Source: an uncultured Gemmatimonadales bacterium (GTDB lineage Bacteria > Gemmatimonadota > Gemmatimonadetes > Palauibacterales > Palauibacteraceae). Taken from it: a stretch of 64,000 bases of DNA. Both the position numbers and the translations under genes were made by a program. Below are positions 10,613-21,070 of the stretch, piece after piece. Each line of letters begins with the position of its first letter. The first letter of the stretch is position 1. Where the stretch lies: contig CAWANJ010000009.1 in NCBI GenBank assembly GCA_963783385.1, positions 640,001 through 704,000 on the forward strand, read 5' to 3'. The notes beneath the pieces are model-generated. The model saw nothing but the letters and a program-made list of their open reading frames with translations, did no database searches and had not been told where the DNA came from.

Positions 10613-10914
10613 GTTCCCTCTCCTCGCGGGGCGCCGCACGTCACCGTCCGCGCATCCACCGCCCCGTGGACGCGACGGTGCGACCGGAAGTCGCGGGCGT
10701 CCCCCCGGCCGTTGCTCGACCGGAGAATGGGCCTCGCGCGTCTCCGTGTCCAGCCCGGATCATCGCGCCGGGCCGCTCCACCTTGCGGAGCCCCACGGCC
10801 GGCGTCTAAGCTGCCCGGCGACGGCCCGCGCCCGCCCCCGGAGCGCCCCGACGGGGCAAGGGAGGCGGTCGGACGGGATGAAGCGAGGGACTTCGGGAGC
10901 CAGGAGTGACCGGT

Positions 10915-12156
10915 ATGAGCTCTACCACCGCCGTGGGGCAGGAGACGCAAGCGGCCATCCTCGAGGCCGAGCGCTGGAGCGCCCACAACTACGAGCCGCT
11001 GCCGGTGGTCCTGTCGAAGGGCGAGGGCTGCTTCGTGTGGGACGTGGACGGCAAGCGCTACCTCGACATGCTGAGCGCCTACTCCGCGCTCAACCAGGGG
11101 CACCGCCATCCCGCCATCCTGGAAGCGCTGCACGAGCAGGCCGGCCGCATCACCCTGACCTCGCGGGCCTTCCACAACGACCGCATGGGCCCCTTCCTCC
11201 ACGCGCTGTGCGAGGCCACCGGCTTCGAGAAGGCACTGCCCATGAACACGGGGGCCGAGGCCGTGGAGACGGCGCTCAAGGCCGCCCGGAAGTGGGGCTA
11301 CACAGTGAAGGGAGTCCCCGAGGGCCGGGCCGAGATTATCGCGTGCGAGAACAACTTCCACGGACGCACCACGACGATCGTGGGCTTCTCGACCGAGGCC
11401 CAGTACCGGCACGGCTTCGGACCGTTCACGCCCGGCTTCAAGATCATCGAGTACGGCAATGCCACCGCCCTCGAGGACGCGATCACCGAGAACACGGTCG
11501 GGTTCCTCGTGGAGCCGATCCAGGGCGAGGGCGGTGTCATCGTGCCGCCCGAAGGCTACCTGGCCCGCTGCGCCGAGATCTGCGCCGAGCACGACCTCCT
11601 CCTCATCAACGACGAGATCCAGACGGGCCTCGGGCGCACCGGACAGCTGTTCTGTGGTGACTGGGACGGGACGCGGGGTGACATCCTCATCGTCGGGAAG
11701 GCTCTGGGCGGCGGAGTCTACCCGGTCTCGGGCATCCTGGCCGACGACGCGGTGATGGACGTATTCACGCCCGGCGACCACGGCTCCACCTTCGGCGGCA
11801 ACCCGCTGGGTGCGGCCGTGGGGAGCGCTTCGCTGCGGGTCATCCTGGACGAGCGCCTCTCCGATCGGGCCCGGGAGCTGGGCGACTGGTTCATGGAGCG
11901 GCTGCGGGCGATCGATTCCCCGCACGTCGAGGAGGTCCGGGGGCGCGGGCTCATGGTGGGCGTCGTGATCAAGGAGACCTCGGCTACGGCCAGGCCCTTC
12001 TGCGAGGCCCTCATGGAGCGGGGCATCCTGGCCAAGGAAACCCACCACCAGGTGATCCGCTTCGCGCCCCCGCTCGTGGTCACCCGCGAGATCCTCGAGG
12101 AGGCGCTCGAGTCGATCGAGCCGGTGGTACGCGGCGAAGGAGTGGAGCTGCCCTAG
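10915..12156 (+). CDS. rocD: Ornithine--oxo-acid aminotransferase
   Basis: AHNYEPLP, YSALNQGHRHP, PMNTGAEAVETA, EPIQGEGG, DEIQTGLGRTG, GKALGGG, PGDHGSTFGGNPL, KETH. Confidence 0.95.
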   Translation: MSSTTAVGQETQAAILEAERWSAHNYEPLPVVLSKGEGCFVWDVDGKRYLDMLSAYSALNQGHRHPAILEALHEQAGRITLTSRAFHNDRMGPFLHALCEATGFEKALPMNTGAEAVETALKAARKWGYTVKGVPEGRAEIIACENNFHGRTTTIVGFSTEAQYRHGFGPFTPGFKIIEYGNATALEDAITENTVGFLVEPIQGEGGVIVPPEGYLARCAEICAEHDLLLINDEIQTGLGRTGQLFCGDWDGTRGDILIVGKALGGGVYPVSGILADDAVMDVFTPGDHGSTFGGNPLGAAVGSASLRVILDERLSDRARELGDWFMERLRAIDSPHVEEVRGRGLMVGVVIKETSATARPFCEALMERGILAKETHHQVIRFAPPLVVTREILEEALESIEPVVRGEGVELP

Positions 12157-12917
12157 CTCGACGCGGTCGGCGGGGGCGGCTCCGGAGCCGCCCCCGCTTT
12201 GATCCGCCGCAGGGCTCTCTGCTGGGCCCGCAGCACCTCCATCACCCGGTCCACGAGTTCCTGCGCGGTCTCCTTGGATCGCGGACGATTCTCGAAGTCC
12301 GAACAGTCGATCGGGTCCCCGAAATACACGTACACCCGCTGGCCCACCCGCGGCACGACGCTGCCGATCGGGAGCACACGGTCCATCCCGTCGATGGTCA
12401 CCGGGACGACCGAGGCGCCCGTGCCGAGCGCCAGGAGCCCGGCACCCGGCCGGCCCGGCCCGATGCTCCCGTCCCGGCTGCGCGTCCCCTCGGGAAACAG
12501 GATCATCACGCCCTCCCGCAGCGCCCGGAGCATCCGGTAGAGCGCCCTGTAGTCCCGTCGGCCCTCCCGGATCGGAATCGCCTTCCACAGGTCTGAAAAC
12601 AGGGCCAGGAGCGGGTTCTTGAAGAAGTTCTCGCGGGCTGCCGGGTTCCACGGAATGAGCCAGGGGCGCCACCACGACTGCGGATAGAACGCCGAGATGC
12701 CGATGAGCCAGCTGTCGATCATCGACTGGTGGTTGGAGACCAGCAGGGTGTTTCGACCCTGGGGCAGCCGGTCGCGTCCGATGACGGTGGTGCGATTCAG
12801 GACGAAGAACAGGAAGGCGCCCACGGCGGCCGTGGCGTTCGTGAACAGGTAGCTGGCCGTCGGCCACACGAGGTGGAAAAGACGACCGCGGTGCTCGGCC
12901 TCGTAGGCTTCGCCCAT
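12153..12917 (-). CDS. Lysophospholipid acyltransferase (PlsC-like)
   Basis: NHQSMID (HX4D) and FPEGTRS motifs. Confidence 0.9.
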   Translation of the reverse strand: MGEAYEAEHRGRLFHLVWPTASYLFTNATAAVGAFLFFVLNRTTVIGRDRLPQGRNTLLVSNHQSMIDSWLIGISAFYPQSWWRPWLIPWNPAARENFFKNPLLALFSDLWKAIPIREGRRDYRALYRMLRALREGVMILFPEGTRSRDGSIGPGRPGAGLLALGTGASVVPVTIDGMDRVLPIGSVVPRVGQRVYVYFGDPIDCSDFENRPRSKETAQELVDRVMEVLRAQQRALRRIKAGAAPEPPPPTASS

Positions 12918-12966
12918 CCTGGTCCCCCTCCCCCCGGGCTTCCGGAGTCCGTGCGATGCGATCGGA

Positions 12967-14682
12967 CTACATCCGCTGGTAGCCGGGCCCGCTTCCTCCC
13001 TCGCGGGGCGTCCAGCGGGGGCCCAGCACATCGGTGGCCTTGCAGTCCACACAGTTCGGCGCGTTCACCACGAGCCGATCCCCGTCGCGGTCGTAGACGC
13101 CGGCCGGGCACATGTGAGCGTAGAAGTCGGCCACCGGGCCCGTAACGTCCTCTCCCACGACCAGGTGACTGGGGATGTCGTCCCGGGTCGTGTTGCCGGA
13201 GCGGTAGACCGCATCTTCCTTGGAGAAGGTCCGGTCTCCGTCGGCGGCGAACTCCGCCTCTCGGCCTGGCGAGCGGGGCTCGAGGGCATCCTCCTCCGCG
13301 GGGATGCGGCCTCCGGGGAACGCCCCGCCGGTCAGCGTCATCACCGCGGCCTTGAGGCCGCCCCGGTAGAGCCCGCCCTCCTTGAAAGCCAGCCGCATGT
13401 TGCGCGTGCGATAGAGGTCGCGCGCGATGAAGCTGTCCCGGACGGCCTCGTCGTACGGGCGCAGGGCACCCTCCGACACGTCGTCCTCCTGGAGCGCCCG
13501 GAACACCGCCCGGGCCGCGAGCATGCCCGAGTGGACCGCGTAGTGGATGCCCTTGAGGGAAGCGACGTCCACGAAACCCGCGGCGTCCCCCACCACCACC
13601 AGGCCGTCGCCGTGCAGGCGCTCGGGCAAGGCGTAGAAGCCGCCCTCCGGGATCGTCTTCGCGCCCCACTCCTCGATCTCACCACCCTCGAGGATGGAGG
13701 CCACCAGGGGATGCGTCTTGAACCGCTGTAGGAGGACGTGCGCGTCCAGTCCGGCGCTGGGATAGTCGAGTCCCACGACGAGCCCGACGGCCACCAGGTC
13801 CTCGCCCATGGGGTAGACGAAGCTCCCCCCGAACGCGTCCGGGGGGAGCGGCCAGCCCAGGGTGTGGATGACCGCGTCGAGCGTGGTCTCGACCCGCCAG
13901 AGCTCCTTGACGCCCAGGGCGTAGATCTGCGCGTTGGAGGACTCGATGCCCTGCCACTCCAGCCACGCCGAGGTCAGGGAGCCGCGGGTACCCTCCGACA
14001 GCACGGTCACGCGCGCCGCCACGTCGGTCGACGGCATGTAGCCGCTTCCGGGCTCGCCCTCGCGGGTCAGACCGCCCGGCGTCGTCCTCGCCCCGACCAC
14101 GGCGCCGTCCTGTACCAGGAGGGAGTCCGCCGGGAAGCCCGTGAAGAGGTTGACGCCCAGCTCCTCGGCGCGCTCTCCCATCCAGCGCACGATCTCGCAG
14201 ATCGAGGCCACGTAGTTGCCGCTGTTGTGCATGGTGGGAGGCGTCGGAAGCCGCACGCGGCCGCTCTCGCCCAGGAAGTAGACCCGGTCCGGCGGCGCCG
14301 GACCACGGAAAGGCAGGTCCTCGAGGGCCACGTCCGGGAACAGCTCGCGGAAGGGCCCCGGGTGCACGACGGCACCCGACAGGCAATGCTCGCCCAGCGT
14401 GGAGGCCTTCTCGAGCACACCGATCTCGAGGTCACCGAGCGGACCGCCTTCCTCGCGCGAAGCCCTCGCGAGCCGGGCCAGCTCGATCGCGCCCGCCAGC
14501 CCGGCCGGCCCTCCGCCCACGAACAGGACATCGAGCGGCACGGCCTCCTCGCCCGGCTCCTCGTCGCGCAGCAGTCGATCCCGCGGCAGGGGTGGCTGGA
14601 AGTCGGCCGGGACGAACTCCCCGCCCGGTCCCCCGGATCGCCCTGTGTCGCCGGCTCGGCTCATCGCTGCTCGGTCCTCCAT
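12967..14682 (-). CDS. Electron-transfer flavoprotein:quinone oxidoreductase
   Basis: VGGGPAGLA, H.LSGAV, LGVKELW, IPEGG, GDAAG, KGIH; C-terminal CPAGVY..NCVDCK 4Fe-4S region. Confidence 0.93.
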   Translation of the reverse strand: MEDRAAMSRAGDTGRSGGPGGEFVPADFQPPLPRDRLLRDEEPGEEAVPLDVLFVGGGPAGLAGAIELARLARASREEGGPLGDLEIGVLEKASTLGEHCLSGAVVHPGPFRELFPDVALEDLPFRGPAPPDRVYFLGESGRVRLPTPPTMHNSGNYVASICEIVRWMGERAEELGVNLFTGFPADSLLVQDGAVVGARTTPGGLTREGEPGSGYMPSTDVAARVTVLSEGTRGSLTSAWLEWQGIESSNAQIYALGVKELWRVETTLDAVIHTLGWPLPPDAFGGSFVYPMGEDLVAVGLVVGLDYPSAGLDAHVLLQRFKTHPLVASILEGGEIEEWGAKTIPEGGFYALPERLHGDGLVVVGDAAGFVDVASLKGIHYAVHSGMLAARAVFRALQEDDVSEGALRPYDEAVRDSFIARDLYRTRNMRLAFKEGGLYRGGLKAAVMTLTGGAFPGGRIPAEEDALEPRSPGREAEFAADGDRTFSKEDAVYRSGNTTRDDIPSHLVVGEDVTGPVADFYAHMCPAGVYDRDGDRLVVNAPNCVDCKATDVLGPRWTPREGGSGPGYQRM

Positions 14683-14813
14683 TGGCAGGTACGTCGGCCG
14701 CGACTCGCACCGCGGCCCGTTCGGTCGGCGTGCACGATATCCCGGCTTCGCGGCCTCGTCCAGCCGAAACGGCGATTGCCCGCGTCCTGACCCTGACCCA
14801 TCCTCATCCGGAG

Positions 14814-15578
14814 ATGCGTCGCCTCGGCTCCCTCCTCGTCTCCGCGCTCGTGTGGATCCTGTGGGCGCTGCTCGTCGTGGCCTGGACTCCCGCGGTCACG
14901 GTCGTATGGGCCTGCACGGCGCCGTGGGATCGTCGGCGGCTGGCCGCCGGCCGGTTGTTTCGGCTGTGCGCCCGCGCGGCGATCCAGGTCAACCCGTTCT
15001 GGAGCGTGCGCTTCGAGGGTCGGCTCCCCCGCGACCGGTCCGTGCCCTACGTGGTGGTGTGCAACCACGAGTCGATGGCGGACGTGGTCCTGGTCGGGTG
15101 CCTCCCCTGGGAGATGAAGTGGCTCTCCAAGCGCGCGATCCTGCACATCCCTTTCCTCGGACTGATGATGCACATGGTCGGGGACGTGGCCGTGCAACGC
15201 CGGGACGCCGACAGCCGCAGGCGCGCCTACGACCGACTCCGGGCGTGGCTGCGGAGGGGCGTCCCGGTGATCATCTTCCCGGAGGGCACGCGCGCACGCA
15301 CCCCGGAGCTCCTGCCCTTCCACGGAGGCGCCTTCCGTCTGGCGCTGGAAACCGGCTCGCCCGTCCTTCCGCTGGCGTTGAGCGGCACACGGCAGGCGCT
15401 GTCGAAGGGGTCGCTGCTGTTCGGCAGGGCCCGAGCCGTGATCTGGATCCTCGAGCCGGTGCCCGTCGAGGGCGACCCCGAGAACGCCGCAGACGTAGCG
15501 CGGCTCGCCGCCCACGTCCGTGACCTCATCGACGAGGCTCGCCGTCGCCCGGCGGCCACGGACGCGGAGCGCCCCTGA
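14814..15578 (+). CDS. Lysophospholipid acyltransferase (PlsC-like)
   Basis: N-terminal TM, NHESMAD, FPEGTRA. Confidence 0.9.
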   Translation: MRRLGSLLVSALVWILWALLVVAWTPAVTVVWACTAPWDRRRLAAGRLFRLCARAAIQVNPFWSVRFEGRLPRDRSVPYVVVCNHESMADVVLVGCLPWEMKWLSKRAILHIPFLGLMMHMVGDVAVQRRDADSRRRAYDRLRAWLRRGVPVIIFPEGTRARTPELLPFHGGAFRLALETGSPVLPLALSGTRQALSKGSLLFGRARAVIWILEPVPVEGDPENAADVARLAAHVRDLIDEARRRPAATDAERP

Positions 15579-16827
15579 GCCGGCCGGCTCCGTCGGACCC
15601 GGTCGCCCCGTCACGGCGCAGGAGCCCGTGGCCGCGCAGGATGTCGAGCACCCGCTCCACCGGGAGCGCCTTCGTGGTTCGCCCGCGGTAGCCGGTGACG
15701 GTCGTGGCCCGGAACAGGGAGTTCAGGGCCGCCTCCTCCGTGGCCTCCACGACGGCCTCGAACAGGGCCGAGAGGTCCCGCCCGTCCTCTACGGGCGGCG
15801 TCGAGTCCCGGCGCGTGGAGAAGGCGATCGCGTAGTCGCCCGAGCCGTTCGACATCCACGAGCCGGTCCGTCCGATGCCGAGGAACGTCCGGCGCGCGAG
15901 CCGCGTCAGTCCGAGGTGCCTGAGCGGAGCGTCCGTGGCGACCACGATCATCACGGACCCTCCCCCGTCGGCATCGCGGTCCGGAGCGTCGGCCCCGGAC
16001 GCTCCCGCCCCCGCATCGGCCCCCGCCCGTGCCCCGGCCGTGGAGGGTCGGGCGGAGGCCTCGTCGGGGCTCGAGCCGAGGTCGCGCCACACCGGGTAGC
16101 CGGCGATCCGCAGCCGTCCCCCGTAGTTGGTCTGCACGAGGACGCCCACCGTGTAGCCGCCGCGCGCGACCGGGACGAGCCGGGACGCGGTCCCGATGCC
16201 CCCCTTCCAGCCCAGGGCGCGCGTGCCCGTCCCGGCGCCCACGCTCCCCTCCTCCACCGGCCCCCCGTGCGCCCGGCGCAGCGCCTCACGCACCTCCTCG
16301 GGCGTGACGGGCCGGGCGCGGATGTCGCTCAGCCAGCCGTCGTTGGTCTCCCCCACCACCGGGTTGATCGACACCACCTCCCGGTTCTCCGGGATCTCCA
16401 GCATCGTGTCGACCAGCGCGTCCGCCGCGCGCCACACGCTGAGCGTGCCCGTGAGCAGGATCGGGGTCTCGATCCAGCCCAGCTCGTTGACCTGGGAGAG
16501 GCCGATGAGCTTGCCGAAGCCGTTCCCGACCACCATGGCGCCGTGCACCTTGTCTCGGAACAGGTTGCCAGCGTGGGGAAGGATGGCGGTCACCCCGGTG
16601 CGCAGCGAGTCCCCGCTCCGCACCGTCACCTGTCCGACCCGGACGCCCGGCACGTCGGTGATGGCGTCCAGGGGGCCCGGCGGAAGGGCGCCGATCACGA
16701 TGCCCGCCTGGCAAACGCGGGGACGGTCGGCGCCGTCGGACCCCGGCTGCTGGGCGCGAACCACCGTCGCCAGGAGCGGGAGCGCCACGAGCGTCGAGGC
16801 CACGCAACCGACCACCCGAGCCATCAT
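15526..16827 (-). CDS. P1/DmpA family aminopeptidase with signal peptide (true 3' end may be near 15611)
   Basis: ITDVPGVRVG, NGFGKLIG, PVVGETNDGWLSD, EEGSVGAGTG, GSVMIVVATDAP, NGSGDYAIAFST. Confidence 0.9.
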   Translation of the reverse strand: MMARVVGCVASTLVALPLLATVVRAQQPGSDGADRPRVCQAGIVIGALPPGPLDAITDVPGVRVGQVTVRSGDSLRTGVTAILPHAGNLFRDKVHGAMVVGNGFGKLIGLSQVNELGWIETPILLTGTLSVWRAADALVDTMLEIPENREVVSINPVVGETNDGWLSDIRARPVTPEEVREALRRAHGGPVEEGSVGAGTGTRALGWKGGIGTASRLVPVARGGYTVGVLVQTNYGGRLRIAGYPVWRDLGSSPDEASARPSTAGARAGADAGAGASGADAPDRDADGGGSVMIVVATDAPLRHLGLTRLARRTFLGIGRTGSWMSNGSGDYAIAFSTRRDSTPPVEDGRDLSALFEAVVEATEEAALNSLFRATTVTGYRGRTTKALPVERVLDILRGHGLLRRDGATGSDGAGRLRGAPRPWPPGDGEPRR

Positions 16828-17657
16828 CCGGTTCCTCCTTCGGTGAGCGAGCGCGCGGCCCAGGAAAGGCCGTACAGGCCGGCGGACACGAGCACGATGA
16901 GCGGGCCAGTGGGCAGATCGATCCCCGGGCCGACCGACAGCCACCACGCCACCCACAACCCGATCACAATGCTGGCCCCTCCCGCGAGGGTGGCCAGCAC
17001 CATCATGCGGCGCAACGTGTTGGCCCACGGGCGGGCCGCGGCGGCCGGGATCGTGAGGAGCGCGATGACCAGGATGACGCCCACCACCCGGATGAGGAGC
17101 ACCACCGTCAGGGCCGTCAGCGCCAGCAGAAGCAGGAGGAGGAGCCGCACGGGAACCCCCACCACCTCCGCGAACTCCTCGTCGAACGCCATCGCCTGGA
17201 GGGGACGATGGAGGAGCGTGGCGGAGGCCAGGATCGCCACGTCCAGTGCCCCCGCGAGCACGAGGTAGGTCGGGGACACGAGCAGGATGTTGCCGAACAG
17301 GTAGGCCGTCAGGTCGGGCGCGTACCCGGGCGCCATGGCGATGAACAGGACGCCCAGCGCCATGCCCACCGCCCATACCATCGAGATCAGGGTCTCGAGG
17401 CCCCGGCGCCGCTTCTGGTACGCCAGCCCGATGCCGGCGCTCGAGGCGAGGCCGAAGCCCACGGCGCCCAGCATCGGATCGAAGCCGAGGAGGTAGCCGA
17501 GCCCCACCCCCCCGAAGGCCGCGTGGGCGAGGCCTCCGGAGATCGACGCGATCTCCTTGACCACCACGTAGCTGCCGATGACGCCGCAGGCCACGGCCAC
17601 CAGCAGCCCCGCCACCAGGGCGTCCCGGAAGAAGGGGAGCGCGAGAGCGCCGCTCAA
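16824..17657 (-). CDS. Zn/Mn ABC transporter permease (ZnuB-like)
   Basis: GLAHAAFGGVG, YLFGNIL, VGVILVIALLTIPAAAA; TTG start overlaps the upstream stop. Confidence 0.9.
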   Translation of the reverse strand: MSGALALPFFRDALVAGLLVAVACGVIGSYVVVKEIASISGGLAHAAFGGVGLGYLLGFDPMLGAVGFGLASSAGIGLAYQKRRRGLETLISMVWAVGMALGVLFIAMAPGYAPDLTAYLFGNILLVSPTYLVLAGALDVAILASATLLHRPLQAMAFDEEFAEVVGVPVRLLLLLLLALTALTVVLLIRVVGVILVIALLTIPAAAARPWANTLRRMMVLATLAGGASIVIGLWVAWWLSVGPGIDLPTGPLIVLVSAGLYGLSWAARSLTEGGTG

Positions 17658-18427
17658 CGGGCGTCCTCGTGCGCCTCGAGGAGCCGGTGGCCGTGGGCCA
17701 CGACGTCCATGGGCTCCCCGTAGGCCTCCTCCAGGAGCTCGGGCGTGATCGTCCCGTGCCCGTGGTACCACACGCTGCGGTTCACGCAGGCCACGCTGTC
17801 CACGTGCCGGTTGAGGACGCCGACATCGTGAGACACCAGGATGCGCGTCATGCCGGGGCCGAGCTGCTCGAGGAGCTCGTAGAGGGTCCTGCCCACCCGG
17901 GGGTCCACGCTCGACGTCGGCTCATCCAGAAGGAGGATCTCGGGCTCGACGGCCAGCGCGCGGGCCACGAGGACGCGCTGCAGCTCCCCTCCCGAGAGCT
18001 CCCCGATGGGCCGGTCCGCGAAGCCGGCCAGCGCCACCTGCGCGAGCGCCCGATCGGCCGCCTCCCGGTCTTCGGTCGACGCGGGTCCCCAGGGTCGCCC
18101 GCGGCCGAGGCGCGCCACCAGCACGGCATCGCGGACCAGGATGGGAAAGTCGGCGTCGAACCGGGTGTACTGCGGCACGTAGCCCACCCGCCCCCGCGCC
18201 TCCCTGGGCGGGAGACCCAGCACCCGCACCCGCCCGCGATCCGGCTTCAGGAGGCCGAGCACGAGCTTGAGAAGGGTCGTCTTCCCGCCGCCGTTGGGCC
18301 CGAGAACACCCAGGAAGGTGCCGCGCTCGACCTGAAAGGTGACGGACTCCAGCACCGGCCGGGTGCCGTAGGAGAACCACACGTCCTCGAACGAGACGGC
18401 CGGTCCCGCACCGGTCACCGCGTCCAC
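17654..18427 (-). CDS. Zn/Mn ABC transporter ATPase (ZnuC-like)
   Basis: GPNGGGKTT, GYVPQ, LSGGELQR, LLLDEP, SHD, His-rich tail. Confidence 0.93.
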   Translation of the reverse strand: MDAVTGAGPAVSFEDVWFSYGTRPVLESVTFQVERGTFLGVLGPNGGGKTTLLKLVLGLLKPDRGRVRVLGLPPREARGRVGYVPQYTRFDADFPILVRDAVLVARLGRGRPWGPASTEDREAADRALAQVALAGFADRPIGELSGGELQRVLVARALAVEPEILLLDEPTSSVDPRVGRTLYELLEQLGPGMTRILVSHDVGVLNRHVDSVACVNRSVWYHGHGTITPELLEEAYGEPMDVVAHGHRLLEAHEDAR

Positions 18428-19323
18428 GCGTTCCTGAGCTCACGAGCCGCGTCGACCACGAGCGCCGGCCAGTTCTCCGCGAGGGGATCCAGGACCTCCG
18501 TCCGCACACCGAGCTGGCGGGCGATACGCTCGGCCTCGTCGCGCGGAATGCCTGGCTGGATGAACAGCACGCGGAGACCCTCCTGACGAACCTCCTGAAG
18601 CACCCGCGCCAGGTCGCGCGGGCCCGGCTCCCGCGACCCGGCCTGGATGGCCACCTGTCGGAGCCCGTGATCCCGCGCAAAGTATCCCCACGCCGGATGG
18701 AAGACGAGGAAGCTACGGCCCGAGAACGGGGCCAGGAGCGAGTCGGCCTCGCCCGATGCGCGATGCATGACGGCGAGGGTGGAATCGAGGCGGGAGCGCA
18801 GGCCCCCGGCATCGGACGCCGGGAGGAGGCCCTCGAGCGCCCCTTCCACGCGCCGCGCCATCGTGTCGGCGCACGCGGCCGAGAGCCACACGTGTGGATC
18901 GTCGGGACGAGCGTCACAGGTGGAGGCCAGGGGCACGATGCGTACGCCTCCCGCTCGCCTCAGGCCGTCCACCCAGCTCCTCTCGAAGGCAAGGCGGGGA
19001 TGGGCGACCGGCAGATAGAGGTCGGCGTCCGCCGCGCGTCGCGCGATCCCCATGGAGGGCTCGTAGGTGTGCGGACTCGCGCCGGGCGGGAGAAGGACCT
19101 CCACGGACACACGATCGCCCGCGATGGAGCGGACCAGGTAGGCCTCGGGCGGCACGGAGACGAGCACGCGGGGCGCCGCGTCATGGGCGGAGCGGTCGCG
19201 CCCGGCGCAGGACGCGAGCGTCGCGCTGAGCAGGATCAGACCGCCAGTCAGGAGACGACGGATCGGACGGCCGGTCCGAGGCCTTGCCCGGTCCGCGCGC
19301 GTGCCGGTCACCTCGATTCTCAC
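18415..19323 (-). CDS. Zn/Mn ABC transporter substrate-binding lipoprotein (ZnuA-like; start uncertain)
   Basis: LASC lipobox, SPHTYEP, DPHVWLS, FHPAWGYF. Confidence 0.88.
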   Translation of the reverse strand: MRIEVTGTRADRARPRTGRPIRRLLTGGLILLSATLASCAGRDRSAHDAAPRVLVSVPPEAYLVRSIAGDRVSVEVLLPPGASPHTYEPSMGIARRAADADLYLPVAHPRLAFERSWVDGLRRAGGVRIVPLASTCDARPDDPHVWLSAACADTMARRVEGALEGLLPASDAGGLRSRLDSTLAVMHRASGEADSLLAPFSGRSFLVFHPAWGYFARDHGLRQVAIQAGSREPGPRDLARVLQEVRQEGLRVLFIQPGIPRDEAERIARQLGVRTEVLDPLAENWPALVVDAARELRNAWTR

Positions 19324-19619
19324 GACGCCCGTTCTCCTCCGCGGAGCTCCCTCACCGGCCGGCCCTCCGGCCAGCAGGTACCTGACCCGCTGCGCGCGCG
19401 CAACCCGCCGGCCCCCCGCCCCACCGGGAACGCGGCCCCCGGCAGCGCGCGTTGGCGTGCGGTGACCCGCTGCTTGCCCCAATCCCCGTTTCATGGCAAC
19501 CTGCCGGCATGTGTCGAAGTCTGCCTATTCGTAGTAGTTTACCCCCAGCCGAAGGTGCCGGCCCGGGGGCCGACTCTCAGGCCGAGCGTCAGACTGTCAC
19601 CCCGGCATCGAGGAGTCCG

Positions 19620-21051
19620 ATGTCCGCCAGGTCTGCGAATTCCGTCTTCCATCCGTCGGGCCGCCTCGTCGCCCTCCTCCCTCTGGTCCCGCTCCTCCTC
19701 GTTCCCGGTCGCGCTCCGGGCCCAGGGCTTCGGGGTGTACGAGCAGAGCACCTGCGCCATGAGCGCCGCCTCGGCGGTCGTCGCGCGACCCTGTGACGAT
19801 GGCTCCGCCATCTTCTTCAACCCGGCCGCGCTCGGCGCCGCTCCGGGCCTGACGATGTCGGCGGGCCTCACCGGCATCATCCCCGACGGACGCTTCACGG
19901 CCGATCTGAACGGCGCCGTGACGAACATGAATCGGAAGCTCCTGCCGGTCCCGCACGCCTATGTGGCGTACGGCTTCGGCGATCGCTTCGCGGTCGGTCT
20001 GGGCCTGTACACGCCCTACGGGCTCGAAACGGCGTGGCCCGACTCTTCCTCGGCGGCGTTCCTCGGCTACGACAACAAGCTGCACTCCTTCTACCTGCAG
20101 CCGACCGCCTCCGTGCGCCTGACGGACCGCATCTCCGTGGGAGCCGGGCTCACGGTCGTGCTGAGCACGGTCGAGCTCAACCAGCTGCTCGATCTCTCCA
20201 CGCAACCGGTGCCGGCCAGCGCGGGCCTCCCGGCGGGCACGCTGTTCGGTCAGCTCGGCGTGCCCTTCCAGACGCCCTTCGCCAGCGCGCACCTCAGCTC
20301 GTCGACGGCCACGGGCGTGGGTGGAAACTTCGGGCTCCGGATCCGGTTCACCGATCGGATCGACTTCGGGGCCCGCTACCTCACGCGAGTCACGCTGAAC
20401 TACGACGGCAACGCCACCTTCGCTCCGGTCTCGACCGGGCTCGTGCTCCCGGCCGGCAACCCCTACGGCGTGCCGGCGGGAACGCCCATGGACGCCGTGA
20501 TCCAGGGGTCGGGCGTGTTCCAGGGCCCGCTCGCTCCGCAGGGGATCAAGACCACCATCACCATGCCGGACCAGTTCGTCGCGGGCTTCGGCGTCCGACC
20601 CATGGATCGCCTGCGCCTGGAGGCCGACTACGTGTGGACGCACTGGTCGCTGTTCGGTCGGCTGCCGATCCAGTTCCAGGGCGGGGCGGGCACGGAGACA
20701 CGCATCGAGGATTACAACAACACGAGCGCCGTGCGGGTGGGCGGCGAGCTTACGCTCCGGGATGGACTGATGCTGCGGCTCGGCTACGCCTGGAACCAGG
20801 CGGCATCGCCCGACGAGACCGTGACGCCGCTCCTCCCCGAGGGCCGGCGCAGCCTGTTCGCGGCGGGGCTCGGATGGCACGCCAGCTCCCACGTGGACTT
20901 CAATGTCGCCTACAGCCTCCTCCTGCAGGTCAACCGGCGCGGACGGACCCGGGATCCGCTCCCGGGGGTCCAGCCCACGGCGGCGCTCAACAACGGGGAG
21001 TTCCACTTCCTGGGACACCTGCTCGCCACGACCATCACGGTCCACTTCTAG
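19620..21051 (+). CDS. FadL/OmpP1 outer-membrane long-chain fatty acid channel (frameshift in signal region near 19690)
   Basis: AGGAG RBS then ATG 19620; mature AQGFGVYEQST, AIFFNPAAL, PYGL; C-terminal Phe. Confidence 0.88.
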
Positions 21052-21070
21052 GGTACGGGAGTCGAAGGCC